From contig NZ_CP060084.1 of assembly GCF_014211975.1 (NCBI RefSeq), positions 178,314 to 210,313 of the forward strand: DNA of 32,000 nt, in the 5' to 3' direction. The notes beneath the pieces were generated by a model, which worked only from the letters and a program-made list of their open reading frames with translations, had not been told where the DNA came from and made no database searches. The translations under genes and the position numbers were made by a program. Below are positions 31,249-32,000 of this stretch, in pieces (within the stretch, counting starts at the first letter, position 1; every line of letters starts with the position of its first letter). The DNA comes from Teredinibacter haidensis (lineage in GTDB: Bacteria > Pseudomonadota > Gammaproteobacteria > Pseudomonadales > Cellvibrionaceae).

Positions 31249-32000
31249 GTGGAAATTTCTGTTGTTGTCTTACTGGTTTCATTTGTTATTTTACTGCTGA
31301 TTAATGTTCCTGTTTCTATCAGTATTGGTGTGGCGACCCTACTTGCTATGCTGCTCACTATTGATTTTATCCCTGCAGTAACTACCATCGCGCAGCGCAT
31401 GGGTGGAGGAATTGACAGTTTTGCATTACTGGCGATTCCATTTTTTGTGTTGTCGGGTCTACTGATGGGGCGAGGTGGTATTGCGCATCGGTTAATTGAG
31501 TTTGCTAAAGCTATAATCGGGATGCTGCCGGGCGGTCTGGCATTCGTCAATATTATTAGCTGTACTTTGTTCGGTGCTATTTCTGGTTCGTCGGTTGCGG
31601 CCACTTCCGCTATTGGTGGTTTTATGATCCCGGCGATGGAAAAAGAAGGTTACGATCGAAACTTTACCGCTGCAATTACGGTAACGTCCTCCACCACCGG
31701 CCTGCTAATTCCTCCCAGTAACATTCTGATTATTTATTCTCTTGCGAGCGGCGGCGTATCGATTGCAGCGCTGTTTGTCGCTGGCTATTTACCCGGCCTC
31801 CTCGTTTCTCTTGGGCTAATGGGCGTTTGTGCTATTTATGCAAAAATAAATGGTTATCCTGTTGGTCGTGCTCCGACGGCTAGAGAGGCCGTGGTTAAAA
31901 CTCTGGACGCATTGCCCAGTCTTTTTTTAATTGTTCTTGTGATTGGGGGTATTATTGGGGGCTATGTCACTGCGACCGAGGCCAGTGTGATTGCGGTCCT
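31249..32000 (+). CDS. dctM: TRAP transporter large permease subunit (DctM family), truncated by window end
   Basis: Not in the ORF track because it runs off the end. Frame from GTG 31249: MEISVVVLLVSFVILLLINVPVSISIGVATLLAML...ALLAIPFFVLSGLLMGRGGIAHRLIEFAKAIIGMLPGGLAFVNIISCTLFGAISGSSVAATSAIGGFMIPAMEKEGYDRNF...LIPPSNILIIYSLASGG. Confidence 0.94.
   Translation, partial: MEISVVVLLVSFVILLLINVPVSISIGVATLLAMLLTIDFIPAVTTIAQRMGGGIDSFALLAIPFFVLSGLLMGRGGIAHRLIEFAKAIIGMLPGGLAFVNIISCTLFGAISGSSVAATSAIGGFMIPAMEKEGYDRNFTAAITVTSSTTGLLIPPSNILIIYSLASGGVSIAALFVAGYLPGLLVSLGLMGVCAIYAKINGYPVGRAPTAREAVVKTLDALPSLFLIVLVIGGIIGGYVTATEASVIAV

Overview
This window looks like an ordinary gammaproteobacterial housekeeping chromosome segment. 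The family or genus is not assignable from sequence alone. Left to right it carries: partial bfd (-); a 2-Cys peroxiredoxin (+); an SLT transglycosylase and proS (-); a HIT-domain protein (+); a HU-family protein with a basic Ala/Pro/Lys tail (-); fmdB-like-aspS-yebC (+); and alr-birA-coaX-SPOR (+). These are followed by a five-tRNA cluster (Thr-TGT, Tyr-GTA, Gly-TCC, Thr-GGT, Trp-CCA), secE-nusG-rplK-rplA-rplJ-rplL-rpoB-rpoC, rpsL-rpsG-fusA-tuf, and the start of a TRAP transporter operon (dctP-dctQ-dctM, the last truncated by the window end). I found no CRISPR array, transposon, prophage, toxin-antitoxin or defense island, and nothing I could defend as a new biological system. The observations worth a second look are local: tufB is absent from its usual place between tRNA-Thr and tRNA-Trp; the EF-Tu has about 10 extra residues directly after the NKAD motif; the tuf gene is followed by a terminator and a TRAP operon instead of the S10 operon; the HU-like protein has a histone-H1-like tail; a strong promoter overlaps the SPOR gene stop codon; several RNA hairpins lie in the rpl/rpo/str spacers; and a perfect TTGTATACAA palindrome precedes the TRAP genes.
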